Shown here piece by piece: positions 52,356-61,018 of a stretch of 64,000 nucleotides of DNA (position 1 is its first letter; each line of letters opens with the position of its first letter). The translations under genes were made by a program, and so were the position numbers. Source of the stretch: Candidatus Stahliibacteriota bacterium (GTDB taxonomy: Bacteria; Hydrothermota; Tepidihabitantia; B3-TA06); assembly GCA_004375895.1 (NCBI GenBank), contig SOJW01000020.1, forward strand, positions 1,170-65,169, given 5' to 3'. A model generated the notes under the pieces. It ran no database searches. It saw nothing but the letters and a program-made list of their open reading frames with translations, and had not been told where the DNA came from.

Positions 52356-52728
52356 AGAGGAATCTGACATCGTCCACGCACGCGCCGCAGCAAAAGATGT
52401 GGCTCGAAAGTTAGGTTTCGGGCTTGTTGATCAGACCCGGATCAGCACCGCGGTATCTGAGCTGGCCCGAAACATCTACCTCTACGCAGGCGAAGGAGAA
52501 GTTCACATAGAAGAACACCCCGATTCTCACCGCGGGATTCGCGTAACCTTCATCGATAATGGTCCGGGAATAGATGATGTGGAACTGGCTCTAAAGGACG
52601 GCTGGTCCTCAACGAAAGCCATGGGGAAAGGATTGCCCGGTGCAAAAAGGCTTACTGACCATATGGAGATCAACACCCAACCAGGTCATGGAACCACCGT
52701 CACAATAGAGAAATGGCTGGCGCAATGA
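52336..52728 (+). CDS. rsbT: RsbT-like serine kinase (HATPase_c)
   Basis: ISTAVSELARNIYLYAGEGEV...FIDNGPGI...GKGLPGAKRL...GHGTTV. Confidence 0.8.
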   Translation: MIVVPIKEESDIVHARAAAKDVARKLGFGLVDQTRISTAVSELARNIYLYAGEGEVHIEEHPDSHRGIRVTFIDNGPGIDDVELALKDGWSSTKAMGKGLPGAKRLTDHMEINTQPGHGTTVTIEKWLAQ

Positions 52729-53061
52729 ACGATACAGCTAAACTAAGGATAGAAAAACTTAAGGGATAACCCCAAGATTGACGGCGACGGTTTTTATAAA
52801 CTGTTGGACTTAGTAATTAGCTATAATCCCCCAACCAGGCTTATCTATCTCTCTGGACCAACACTCATTAGAATCTCAAACATATACCCTTCATCTCTCC
52901 ATAATCGAAGCCCACAGTTCTATCGCTTGTATCCAGACAAATTTGCAATTTGAATTGAGCGACACCCTCGTGCACAGAGGCAGGTGAGGCTGTTGTCCAT
53001 CTTTCCCTCACCCTATCACGATACCCTGGTAACAATCTCTTGGCGCACAGACTATTGCCTC

Positions 53062-53089
53062 TTGACATACAGGAATAGACGGATAGAGT
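53062..53089 (+). promoter_or_regulatory. Sigma-70 promoter, leaderless-type, of the TonB-dependent receptor gene
   Basis: TTGACA-16 nt-TAGAGT-5 nt-ATG 53095. Confidence 0.55.
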
Positions 53090-53094
53090 TCGCT

Positions 53095-55437
53095 ATGCGC
53101 AAGGGAATAATATGGGCAGTTCTTTTTCTCACGGAGTTCCTTTTTGCCGCCGAGACCGGAATGGTTGCAGGGTTCGTGCGCGAAGCGGAGTCAGGCGAGT
53201 TCCTGAGCTACGTCAACGTTTATCTCGCGGATAAAAGCATGGGCACCGCCACCAACAAGCAGGGCTACTACGTGCTTTCACGTGTACCCGAGGGCAAGCA
53301 CACCTTGATCGTTTCGATGATAGGTTATCGGGAGGAACGCTTAGAGATAGACGTCAGAGCCGATAAGAGGCTGCGCCGCGACTTCTACCTTAAGCCCCAG
53401 CCCCTGGGTATGGAACCGGTCGAGGTAACAGCGGAGCGTGCGCGTTTCGAGCACGAGGTGGACGTGGGGGTGAAGCGTATGGACTTTACCGAGATGAGGC
53501 AGATACCCGGTTTCGTGGAGCAGGATTTGTTTCGCTCCCTTGCGATGCTGCCCGGGGTCGTTTCAGTCTCCGATTTCACCTCCGCCCTCTATATTCGCGG
53601 GGGAACCATGGATCAGAACCTCATCCTTCTCGACGGGGTAACCGTGTACAATCCATATCACCTTATGGGATTCTTTTCCACTTTCATTCTCGAATCCCTC
53701 AAAGGGGCGGAATTATATACCGGCGGTTACCCGGCCCGGTACGGCGGAGCGATTTCCTCGGTGCTTGACGTGGAGATGAAGGCGGGCAACAGCGAACGGA
53801 TAGCCGGTTATGGAGAGATCGGACTTTTGACCTCCAAGCTTGTCGTAGAGGGGCCGCTTCCCTGGGGTGCCAAAGGTTCCTGGCTCGCGGCAGGACGAAG
53901 GACTTACATCGATGCCATCACCTGGACGCTGGATAAGATATTCAATCCCGATTTCTCCATCTATCTTCCTTACCACTTCTACGATCTTCAGGCCAAGGTG
54001 AACTGGGACGCAAGTGAGCGCTCACGATTCACCTTATCCGGGTTCTTCGGCGACGACGTGCTTAGCTTTAAGGAAGAAGAAGAGGTGGACTTGGACTTCC
54101 GGTGGGGAAACGGAACCCTTGGTTTGAGGTGGCGTTATCTGTTCACGCCTCAGCTTTTCTCGCTTCTGGGGTTCAACGCCACACGCTACCGGCTTGATAC
54201 CGAGGTGATTGAAAGAGACGAACCTGATTTTGAGGAGACGAGTAAGAAAATAGAGGAATATACCTACGGGTTGGAAAGCGGTGTCGGCGAGCTGGGATTG
54301 CAATGGGGGCTGACCTGGTTCAGCGGTCCTGGACATACGGTGGAATTTGGAGTGGAGAGCAAGGTTATAGAGACCATGAACTTCATGGAAGAGGGTTGGG
54401 CGAGATACGATAAGGATAAACGGAATCAACCGGATACCTCCTGGGATACGGTCCGGGTCAACCAGCGCGATACGTTCTGGCTTGCCGCCGTCTATCTGCA
54501 GGACAAGTGGGAGCCTGGTCCGTTCTGGGTCATTGAGACCGGTGTGCGTGGAGAGTATTTCTCGAATGGGAACTACTGGCGTGCCTCGCCCCGATTGGGC
54601 ATCAAGCGTCGCCTTACCGCCGACTGGGCAATAAAGGCCGGGGCAGGATTATACTATCAGTACTTATACGTTCCTTATCCCCGTGACGAGATGATGCTCA
54701 AGATCCCCATTCAGTTCTTCCAGCAATGGATGGGAGCGGCTGAACGTTATCCTCCTCTGAAGTCTACCCTATTTACTTTGGGAACCGAGCATCTGTTTCC
54801 CAAAGACATGAGTGCCTCTGTCGAATTCTACTACAAGGATCTGCGCAACCTGCGGGAGGCCGACCTGATGGGTGGAGAAGGTCCGACTACGGACACGGCG
54901 TCCATAACTCTCGGACAGGGTTACTCCTACGGCGCAGAACTGCTCCTCAAGCGCGGCTACTCCTGGGTCGGCTACTCCTACTCGGTCACACGCTACCGGT
55001 TCGGCGATGAGGATTGGTTCTTTCCCGTGCACGATTCCCGTCACAACCTCAATCTGTCCTTTGCATTGCCCCTGGGCAAGAAGGGTTGGACCCTGACCTC
55101 GGCGTGGGTGTTTTCCTCCGGGTTCCCGTTCACCGCCCAGATCGGCTGGTATCAGCATGTTAATGAAGAGGGAGAGATTGACTGGATGCCTATCTCGGGC
55201 AGACGGGGCGAGGTTCGTTATCCGCCCTATCACAGACTTGATGCAGGCTTCACGAAATCCTTCAGGCTGTTTAAACGCTTTGACGCCGAGTTCTACATCC
55301 AGGTGCTCAACGTTTACGCCAGGCGCAACGTACTCTTCTACGACTACGAGATCGACGAAAACGGAGTCACCCAAAGAGAAGCAGTACCGATGCTGCCCGT
55401 ACCCATACCCAGCTTTGGAATAAGGGCCAGGTTGTGA
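53095..55437 (+). CDS. TonB-dependent receptor with CarboxypepD_reg-like N-domain
   Basis: Signal peptide; GFVREAESGEFLSYVNVYL...YYVLSRVPEGKHTL; plug LPGV...IRGG; C-terminal beta-barrel ending in aromatic-rich strands. Confidence 0.85.
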   Translation: MRKGIIWAVLFLTEFLFAAETGMVAGFVREAESGEFLSYVNVYLADKSMGTATNKQGYYVLSRVPEGKHTLIVSMIGYREERLEIDVRADKRLRRDFYLKPQPLGMEPVEVTAERARFEHEVDVGVKRMDFTEMRQIPGFVEQDLFRSLAMLPGVVSVSDFTSALYIRGGTMDQNLILLDGVTVYNPYHLMGFFSTFILESLKGAELYTGGYPARYGGAISSVLDVEMKAGNSERIAGYGEIGLLTSKLVVEGPLPWGAKGSWLAAGRRTYIDAITWTLDKIFNPDFSIYLPYHFYDLQAKVNWDASERSRFTLSGFFGDDVLSFKEEEEVDLDFRWGNGTLGLRWRYLFTPQLFSLLGFNATRYRLDTEVIERDEPDFEETSKKIEEYTYGLESGVGELGLQWGLTWFSGPGHTVEFGVESKVIETMNFMEEGWARYDKDKRNQPDTSWDTVRVNQRDTFWLAAVYLQDKWEPGPFWVIETGVRGEYFSNGNYWRASPRLGIKRRLTADWAIKAGAGLYYQYLYVPYPRDEMMLKIPIQFFQQWMGAAERYPPLKSTLFTLGTEHLFPKDMSASVEFYYKDLRNLREADLMGGEGPTTDTASITLGQGYSYGAELLLKRGYSWVGYSYSVTRYRFGDEDWFFPVHDSRHNLNLSFALPLGKKGWTLTSAWVFSSGFPFTAQIGWYQHVNEEGEIDWMPISGRRGEVRYPPYHRLDAGFTKSFRLFKRFDAEFYIQVLNVYARRNVLFYDYEIDENGVTQREAVPMLPVPIPSFGIRARL

Positions 55438-56291
55438 TGAGATTCAGGATAATACCCGCAATCATCCTTCTTTTATCCGTAATCGCCTGCGACACCACTC
55501 CGGAAACCTACGAGGGTGAACCTAACATCTACGCGGTGCTCACTACCGACTCCTCGTTCGCGTGCATCATGGTTGGAAAAACCACTTCAATAGACGATAC
55601 CCTGACGCTGGAGCCTGATACCATCATGGATACCTTCTGGCGTGACGATACGTTTGAAGTCTGGCCGGAGATAGTTTTCCCGTGGAACGGGGTCAGCGGG
55701 GCTGAAGTCAGTCTCAAACAGGGGGGACACAGATATGTTCTCCTCGAGGATCCCGACTCGGCAGGCTATTACGGTTCCGATTCCATTCAGTTCTCAGCGA
55801 GGAAAACCTGGGAGCTTGAGGTTACCTATCCTTCGGGAGAGGAGATCGAGGCGCAGACCACTATTCCTGGAAACTTCGAGATTACGTCACCTTTGGTCGA
55901 TACCCTTTCGGATACCGACGTCCTGGAGTGGACTCCCTCAGCTCACGCTGCCGGATATCTTATAGAGTTGCTCCAGTGGTTGTCGTGGGAAGATGAGGAA
56001 GAGGATACACTGGTTGTTGATTCTTCTTTTGACTGTCTCATGCTTGTTCAAGCCGATACAACTTCCTTGCCCATGCAGGAGTTGGAGTTATTCGATTATC
56101 TTTGGGCTTGGGCTGACTCTTTGATTATCTTCGTATCTGCTCTGGACACAAACGCTTATGACTACCGGTATTATGGAGAAGATCGCTGGGACCCTGACAT
56201 CCGCGTGGAAGACTACATGCACATCGAAGGTGCTTGGGGTGTGTTCGGCTCCCAGACGGTGGCCTGTTCTCAGCGCTACGTCCTCCGGTGA
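55434..56291 (+). CDS. DUF4249-like lipoprotein (TonB-receptor partner)
   Basis: Lipobox LLLSVIAC; 4-nt overlap with the receptor gene. Confidence 0.55.
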   Translation: MMRFRIIPAIILLLSVIACDTTPETYEGEPNIYAVLTTDSSFACIMVGKTTSIDDTLTLEPDTIMDTFWRDDTFEVWPEIVFPWNGVSGAEVSLKQGGHRYVLLEDPDSAGYYGSDSIQFSARKTWELEVTYPSGEEIEAQTTIPGNFEITSPLVDTLSDTDVLEWTPSAHAAGYLIELLQWLSWEDEEEDTLVVDSSFDCLMLVQADTTSLPMQELELFDYLWAWADSLIIFVSALDTNAYDYRYYGEDRWDPDIRVEDYMHIEGAWGVFGSQTVACSQRYVLR

Positions 56292-56434
56292 TATAAATCC
56301 CGGTCTGAGGGCAGACACCCGACCCTCTGAGGCTCATCCGCTCGGTATTATTCACAAAGACCTACGTGTAGAGAAAGGCCGGGGCTCAGGCCCCGACCTG
56401 GTTTGAGCTGAACCCCTTCTAGGGGAAATTTATG

Positions 56435-56476
56435 CCCGTGTTACGGGTTACGGGTTACGGTGTTACGGGTTACGGG
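56435..56476 (+). repeat. GTTACGG/GTGTTACGG array, copy 3
   Basis: cccgtgttacgggttacgggttacggtgttacgggttacggg; includes the stop codon of the GDH paralogue. Confidence 0.85.
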
Positions 56477-57738
56477 AAGATACCTCGTCTCTTGTAGATT
56501 CTCTCCAGTCTGGTAAGTGCCTCGATGCGTGCCGCGGTGCACCAGTCGGTCTTGAACTCCGCTGCGCGGTCGCGCACCCGGTGGTAAGCGTCCTTCATCT
56601 TGTTCTGCAGTTTGCGGTCTACCTCTTCAAGTTCCCACAGCTCGCTTCGTTTGTTCTGCAGCCACTCGAAGTAGCTCACGATCACGCTGCCGGAGTTGCA
56701 CAGGATGTCTGGGAGCACCTCAATTCCCCTCTCCTTCAAGATCTTTGAGCCATCTCGATCGCAGGGGCAGTCGGCTCCCTCGACCACCAACTTGACGTTG
56801 AGCTTGGGTGCGGTCTGGGCGGTGATCTGATACTCCAACGCGGCTGGGATGAATATATCGGCTTTTGTAGCAAGGAAGGCCTCGTGATCTATCGGTTTTG
56901 CATTGGGGTAGCCTGCTATGCGTCCGTTCTCCTTGTCGTATGTCAAAAGGTCGGAGGGATCGATTCCACGAGGGTTATAGATCGGGCCGGAGGTATCCTC
57001 GACCGCAACGAGTTTTGCTCCTTTTTGATTGAGCAAGATGGAGGTCCAAACACCTACACTTCCGAATCCTTGAACCGTGTAGGCAGCACCCTCAAGATCG
57101 AAGCGGTGACCAGCTGCCCATTCCTCGATGGCAAAGACAAGCCCCTGGCCCGCTGCTTTGTCATGCCCGACGCTGCCGCCCAGGTGGATGGGTTTGCCGG
57201 TGACCACGTGTGTTTTGGCCTGCCTTTTTTCCGGAGGCATGGTAGAGAGGTAGGTATCCAGTATCCAGGCCATAGTCTGGGGGTTTGTGTTCACGTCCGA
57301 GGTGAGTATGTCGTACTCCGCTCCGATGTTCGAGCCAAGGGAGTAGGTAAAGCGGCGGGTGATTCGTTCCACATCAGAGAAGTTGTAGTCAGAGGGGTTG
57401 AACTGGACCCCGCCTGCAGCCCCGCCGAATGGGATACCGGCGATAGCCGCCTTACACGTCATCACAGTAGCAAGCGCGCGCATCTCTCCCAGATCAACCC
57501 AGGGATGAAAGCGAAGTCCGCCCGAGTAGGGACCCATCACGTTGTTGTGCTGCACACGATAGCCAGTGAACATCTCCACCCGACCGTTTGACATCTTAAC
57601 CGGGAAGTTGACGGTAATCTCGTTGGTAGTCTTGGCCAGGATTTTGAGAACCTCACGGTCTAGCTTCATCAAATCCGCGGCATTATGGAGCCCCTCAAGA
57701 ACGTCGCCGTAGAAACCGGTTTCCTTCTTCATCATCAC
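56470..57738 (-). CDS. Glutamate-dehydrogenase-family paralogue lacking the catalytic lysine
   Basis: Full-length Glu/Leu/Phe/Val-DH fold, but IPFGGAAGGVQFNP (K->A) and GPYSGGLR (K->S); GFGSVG Rossmann motif intact. Confidence 0.85.
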   Translation of the reverse strand: MMMKKETGFYGDVLEGLHNAADLMKLDREVLKILAKTTNEITVNFPVKMSNGRVEMFTGYRVQHNNVMGPYSGGLRFHPWVDLGEMRALATVMTCKAAIAGIPFGGAAGGVQFNPSDYNFSDVERITRRFTYSLGSNIGAEYDILTSDVNTNPQTMAWILDTYLSTMPPEKRQAKTHVVTGKPIHLGGSVGHDKAAGQGLVFAIEEWAAGHRFDLEGAAYTVQGFGSVGVWTSILLNQKGAKLVAVEDTSGPIYNPRGIDPSDLLTYDKENGRIAGYPNAKPIDHEAFLATKADIFIPAALEYQITAQTAPKLNVKLVVEGADCPCDRDGSKILKERGIEVLPDILCNSGSVIVSYFEWLQNKRSELWELEEVDRKLQNKMKDAYHRVRDRAAEFKTDWCTAARIEALTRLERIYKRRGIFP

Positions 57739-57742
57739 TCCT

Positions 57743-57845
57743 TACGGTTTGCTGTTACCGTGTGTTACGTGTGTTACGGGTGTTATTTCCTTGTGATTCA
57801 AGCTGATTATGAGAATCCCCCGAAGGGGGGCGGGTGTTACGGGGC
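57743..57845 (+). repeat. GTGTTACGG composite element, copy 4 (between the two GDH genes)
   Basis: gtgtgttacgggtgttatttcctt...tgagaatcccccgaaggggggcgggtgttacgggg. Confidence 0.85.
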
Positions 57846-57848
57846 TGC

Positions 57849-59111
57849 TCATGGGAAGATCCCACGTTCCTTGTATACCGTTTCAAGACGTGAGAGAGCG
57901 ACGATGTAGGCCGCGGTTCGCCAGTCTATGTTGTGCTCTCGAGCCGTATCGCGAACGCGTTCGTAGCCTGCAACGATCTTGCGGTGCAGTTTTCCATCCA
58001 CCTCTTCAAGATCCCAGAACTCGCTGCGCTTGTTCTGCAGCCACTCGAAGTAGCTTACGATCACGCCGCCGGAGTTGCAAAGGACGTCTGGAAGAAGATC
58101 GGTTCCCTTTTCATGAAGAATCTTATCACCGTCCGGATCGGTGGGACCGTTTGCGCCTTCGGCAACCAGCTTCACGTTAAGCATGGGAGCGGTCTTTAGT
58201 GTGATCTGGTTCTCAAGAGCCGCCGGGATGAAGATGTCGGCCTTGGTCGCAAGGAAGGTTTCGTGATCAATAGGTTTGGCCTTTGCGTAGCCGCCAATCA
58301 ATCCCTTATTCTTTTGCGTATACTCATAAAGGTCGTCGGGATCGATCCCCTTTGGATTGGCAATAGCCCCGCTTACGTCCTCGACAGCAACGAGCTTTGA
58401 ACCGTGTGGTTTGAGGAGACGGGACGCCCAGGAACCCACGTTCCCGAACCCCTGAACGAAGTATGCCGCACCCTCAAGATCAAAGTTGGTATCTTTGGCC
58501 CACTGCTCGATGGTAAAGACCACACCCTGGCCAGTAGCCTTGTTGCGGCCTATGCTCCCACCCGACTCGACAGGCTTGCCGGTAACTACATGGACTGCCG
58601 CCTGACGCTCGTGGGCAGGCATGGTGGAGAGGTAGGTATCCAGGATCCAGGCCATTATCTGAGGGTTGGTGTTTACGTCCGGTGCAGGGATGTCGAACTC
58701 AGGCCCTATGTTCGAGCCCAGGGCAAAGGTGAATCGGCGGGTGATGTGCTCAAGCTCGCTTGCCGAGTACTTGAATGGATCGATCTGGATGCCGCCTTTT
58801 GCTCCACCGAACGGGAGGTTCACTATGGCCGATTTCCAGGTCATCCAGGTAGCCAGCGCCCGAACCTCATCAATGTCCACGGCAGGGTGATAGCGCAGCC
58901 CCCCTTTGTAAGGGCCAAGCGCGTTGTTGTGCTGCACCCGGTAACCGGTGAACATCTCGATGTGGCCGTTGTCCATCTTAACCGGAAAGTTGACGATTAC
59001 CTCATTGTTGGTTCTAGCAAGTATCTTGCGGATCTCAGGATCCAGATGCATCAAATCAGCAGCCTTGTTAAACTGCTTGGTTACGTTATCGTAAACGCTC
59101 GCCTTTTTCAT
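57849..59111 (-). CDS. gdhA: Glutamate dehydrogenase
   Basis: GPYKGGLRYH, active-site signature LPFGGAKGGIQIDP, PAPDVNT, GFGNVG. Confidence 0.92.
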   Translation of the reverse strand: MKKASVYDNVTKQFNKAADLMHLDPEIRKILARTNNEVIVNFPVKMDNGHIEMFTGYRVQHNNALGPYKGGLRYHPAVDIDEVRALATWMTWKSAIVNLPFGGAKGGIQIDPFKYSASELEHITRRFTFALGSNIGPEFDIPAPDVNTNPQIMAWILDTYLSTMPAHERQAAVHVVTGKPVESGGSIGRNKATGQGVVFTIEQWAKDTNFDLEGAAYFVQGFGNVGSWASRLLKPHGSKLVAVEDVSGAIANPKGIDPDDLYEYTQKNKGLIGGYAKAKPIDHETFLATKADIFIPAALENQITLKTAPMLNVKLVAEGANGPTDPDGDKILHEKGTDLLPDVLCNSGGVIVSYFEWLQNKRSEFWDLEEVDGKLHRKIVAGYERVRDTAREHNIDWRTAAYIVALSRLETVYKERGIFP

Positions 59112-59123
59112 CTCTTTAGCCTG

Positions 59124-59426
59124 CTAACAATACTCGTCGCACTGCCAAACACCGCCTGCAGGCTTGGGAAAGACGCAGTGATGACGGTTCTCGCAGTTGC
59201 GGCACAGTCCTTTGAACTCCACCTCGTCGGCGGCCTCCGGCTTGGCAACCCTTGGGACTACCTTAGTCTTTGGACCCTCGTAGCCATCGAACTCGTCGCA
59301 GTGCATTATTGGACGAGCGGGGTCACGAGGAAAGGTGCAGGTTGCAGCGTTCTTGCAGGTAGAGCAAAGCCCCCGATACTTCGGCTTAACAGCCTTTTTG
59401 GTCTCTTGAACTGTTGATGTCTGCAT
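59124..59426 (-). CDS. Small protein with two Cys4 modules
   Basis: GLCSTCKNAATCTFPRD...HCDEF and GLCRNCENRHHCVFPKP...QCDEY; AAGGAGG SD; first gene after the sigma-54 promoter. Confidence 0.7.
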   Translation of the reverse strand: MQTSTVQETKKAVKPKYRGLCSTCKNAATCTFPRDPARPIMHCDEFDGYEGPKTKVVPRVAKPEAADEVEFKGLCRNCENRHHCVFPKPAGGVWQCDEYC

Positions 59427-59502
59427 GAAATCCTCCTTTGCGTGTGATTTCTTTTCACGAGCTTTTCCAGGAGCCGTTCTTGTGAGCGACTCACCCCCTA
59501 GC

Positions 59503-59520
59503 TTGCAATATTCGTGCCAG
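59503..59520 (-). promoter_or_regulatory. Sigma-54 (-24/-12) promoter
   Basis: Minus strand CTGGCACGAATATTGCA matches YTGGCACG-N4-TTGCW exactly. Confidence 0.85.
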
Positions 59521-59641
59521 GCTAGCCTAAATGTGAGTTACGATGAGGATGGCTTAGTTAAGTCAAGCTAGATTAAATAGTTAGAAGTGGATGGATGGGC
59601 TTTGGGATGCAGCTTCAGTCTCCCCCTGGATTAAAATTGGC

Positions 59642-59677
59642 GGGGAGATGTGCCCCGGTGGGGAGAAACGCCCCACC
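59642..59677 (-). terminator. Tandem hairpins after the response-regulator gene
   Basis: Minus strand GGTGGGGcgtttctCCCCACC, then GGGGcacatctCCCC, then gccaatttt. Confidence 0.55.
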
Positions 59678-59680
59678 TTC

Positions 59681-61018
59681 TTACTGGGATTCTTCCATCT
59701 TCCTGAGTTTTTCGCGCAAGGTCTTTCGGTCGATCCCCAGTATTTCTGCGGCCTTTGTTTTGTTGCCGTTAACGCTTGCCAACACGTTGCGTATGTGTTC
59801 TGCCTCCACCTCGGCCAATGTCCTTTCAAATCCCTGAGCCTTTGGAGAAAAGCGCATAAGTGCCGGCAAATCCTTAACGTCTATCGTATCTTGCTCCACC
59901 ATAACCACCAGCCGCTGGATTACGTTCTCAAGCTCCCGAACGTTACCGGGCCAGTGGTAGTTCTTTAGAACCTCAAGCGCTTCGTCAGAGAAGCTAGGTG
60001 TGGGTTTGCCAAGCTCCTCTGCAAACTTTTCCGTAAAATGTCGAAGCATCAGGAGTATGTCGTCATCCCTCTCCCGCAGCGGTGGAAGATCAATGGTAAT
60101 GACGTTGAGGCGGTAGTAAAGGTCCTCCCTGAAGCTTTGCTTTTTGACAAGGGCCTGTAGGTCTTTATTTGTTGCGGCAATAATCCTCACATCAACCTTT
60201 TCGGATTTTCGTGAGCCGAGCATGAAGATCTCCTTGTCCTGCAGCACCCGCAAGAGCTTAACCTGCATGGCCGGACTTGTTTCACTGATCTCGTCAAGGA
60301 AGATGGTGCCGCCGTCTGCAGTTTGAAAGAAACCTGCCCTGGTCGTTGCCGCGCCGGTAAACGCACCCTTAACATACCCGAAGAGCTCAGATTCCAGAAG
60401 TTCATGCGGTATAGCCCCGCAGTTGATAGGCACGAAGGGTGGTGAGGCACGCGGGCTTGAGTAGTGGATAGCCCTGGCCACAAGCTCCTTGCCAGTGCCG
60501 CTTTCCCCTGTGATGAGCACCGTAGCCGGGGTTGACGCCGCCTTATGGATGGCGCTGAAGACCTCGCGCATGACCTTTGAGGAGCCGATTATCCCGTGAG
60601 GCGACGGGATATCCTCGGATACCTGCGTGGCCCTGCGCATACGTAGTTTGTCAAGCGCCTTTCTTACCGCCAAGAAAAGCTCCTCGTCGGTAAAGGGCTT
60701 TGAAAGATACTCCTCGGCCCCTTGCTTTACCGCCTGAACAGCACCCTCTACGGTGGCATATCCTGTAATCATCATCACCTCGGTGTCCGCAAGGTTCTCC
60801 CGCACGTATCGCACCAGATCCAGGCCACTTGCCCCGGGCATCTTTAAATCAGTTATCACCAGATCAACCTGGGTGTCTTCAAGCAACCTTAAGGCTTCCG
60901 GCACGTTTTGCGCGGTAAAGACCTGATAACCCTGTGATGTCAGATTACGATCGAGGACCTCAAGGGTATCGGTCGCGTCGTCTACCACCAGGATGCGTTC
61001 CCTTTCAGGTGACGTCAT
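59681..61018 (-). CDS. Sigma-54-dependent response regulator (NtrC family)
   Basis: REC (VVDD...DLKMPG), AAA+ (GESGTGKE, GAFTGA, ESELFGY), C-terminal Fis-type HTH. Confidence 0.92.
   Translation of the reverse strand: MTSPERERILVVDDATDTLEVLDRNLTSQGYQVFTAQNVPEALRLLEDTQVDLVITDLKMPGASGLDLVRYVRENLADTEVMMITGYATVEGAVQAVKQGAEEYLSKPFTDEELFLAVRKALDKLRMRRATQVSEDIPSPHGIIGSSKVMREVFSAIHKAASTPATVLITGESGTGKELVARAIHYSSPRASPPFVPINCGAIPHELLESELFGYVKGAFTGAATTRAGFFQTADGGTIFLDEISETSPAMQVKLLRVLQDKEIFMLGSRKSEKVDVRIIAATNKDLQALVKKQSFREDLYYRLNVITIDLPPLRERDDDILLMLRHFTEKFAEELGKPTPSFSDEALEVLKNYHWPGNVRELENVIQRLVVMVEQDTIDVKDLPALMRFSPKAQGFERTLAEVEAEHIRNVLASVNGNKTKAAEILGIDRKTLREKLRKMEESQ

Noticed and set aside
52729-53061. 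333-bp spacer after rsbT as the missing stressosome output or an sRNA
   Set aside because: It has no ORF with an SD and no convincing promoter (the TTGACG and TTGGAC candidates have 12-13-nt spacers). I found no recognisable structure by eye.
58404-59417. 337-aa plus-strand ORF
   Set aside because: It lies entirely antisense to the well-conserved GDH gene and the Cys-rich gene. It has no SD or promoter and a low-complexity Arg/Gly/Val-rich translation typical of antisense frames in GC-rich DNA.
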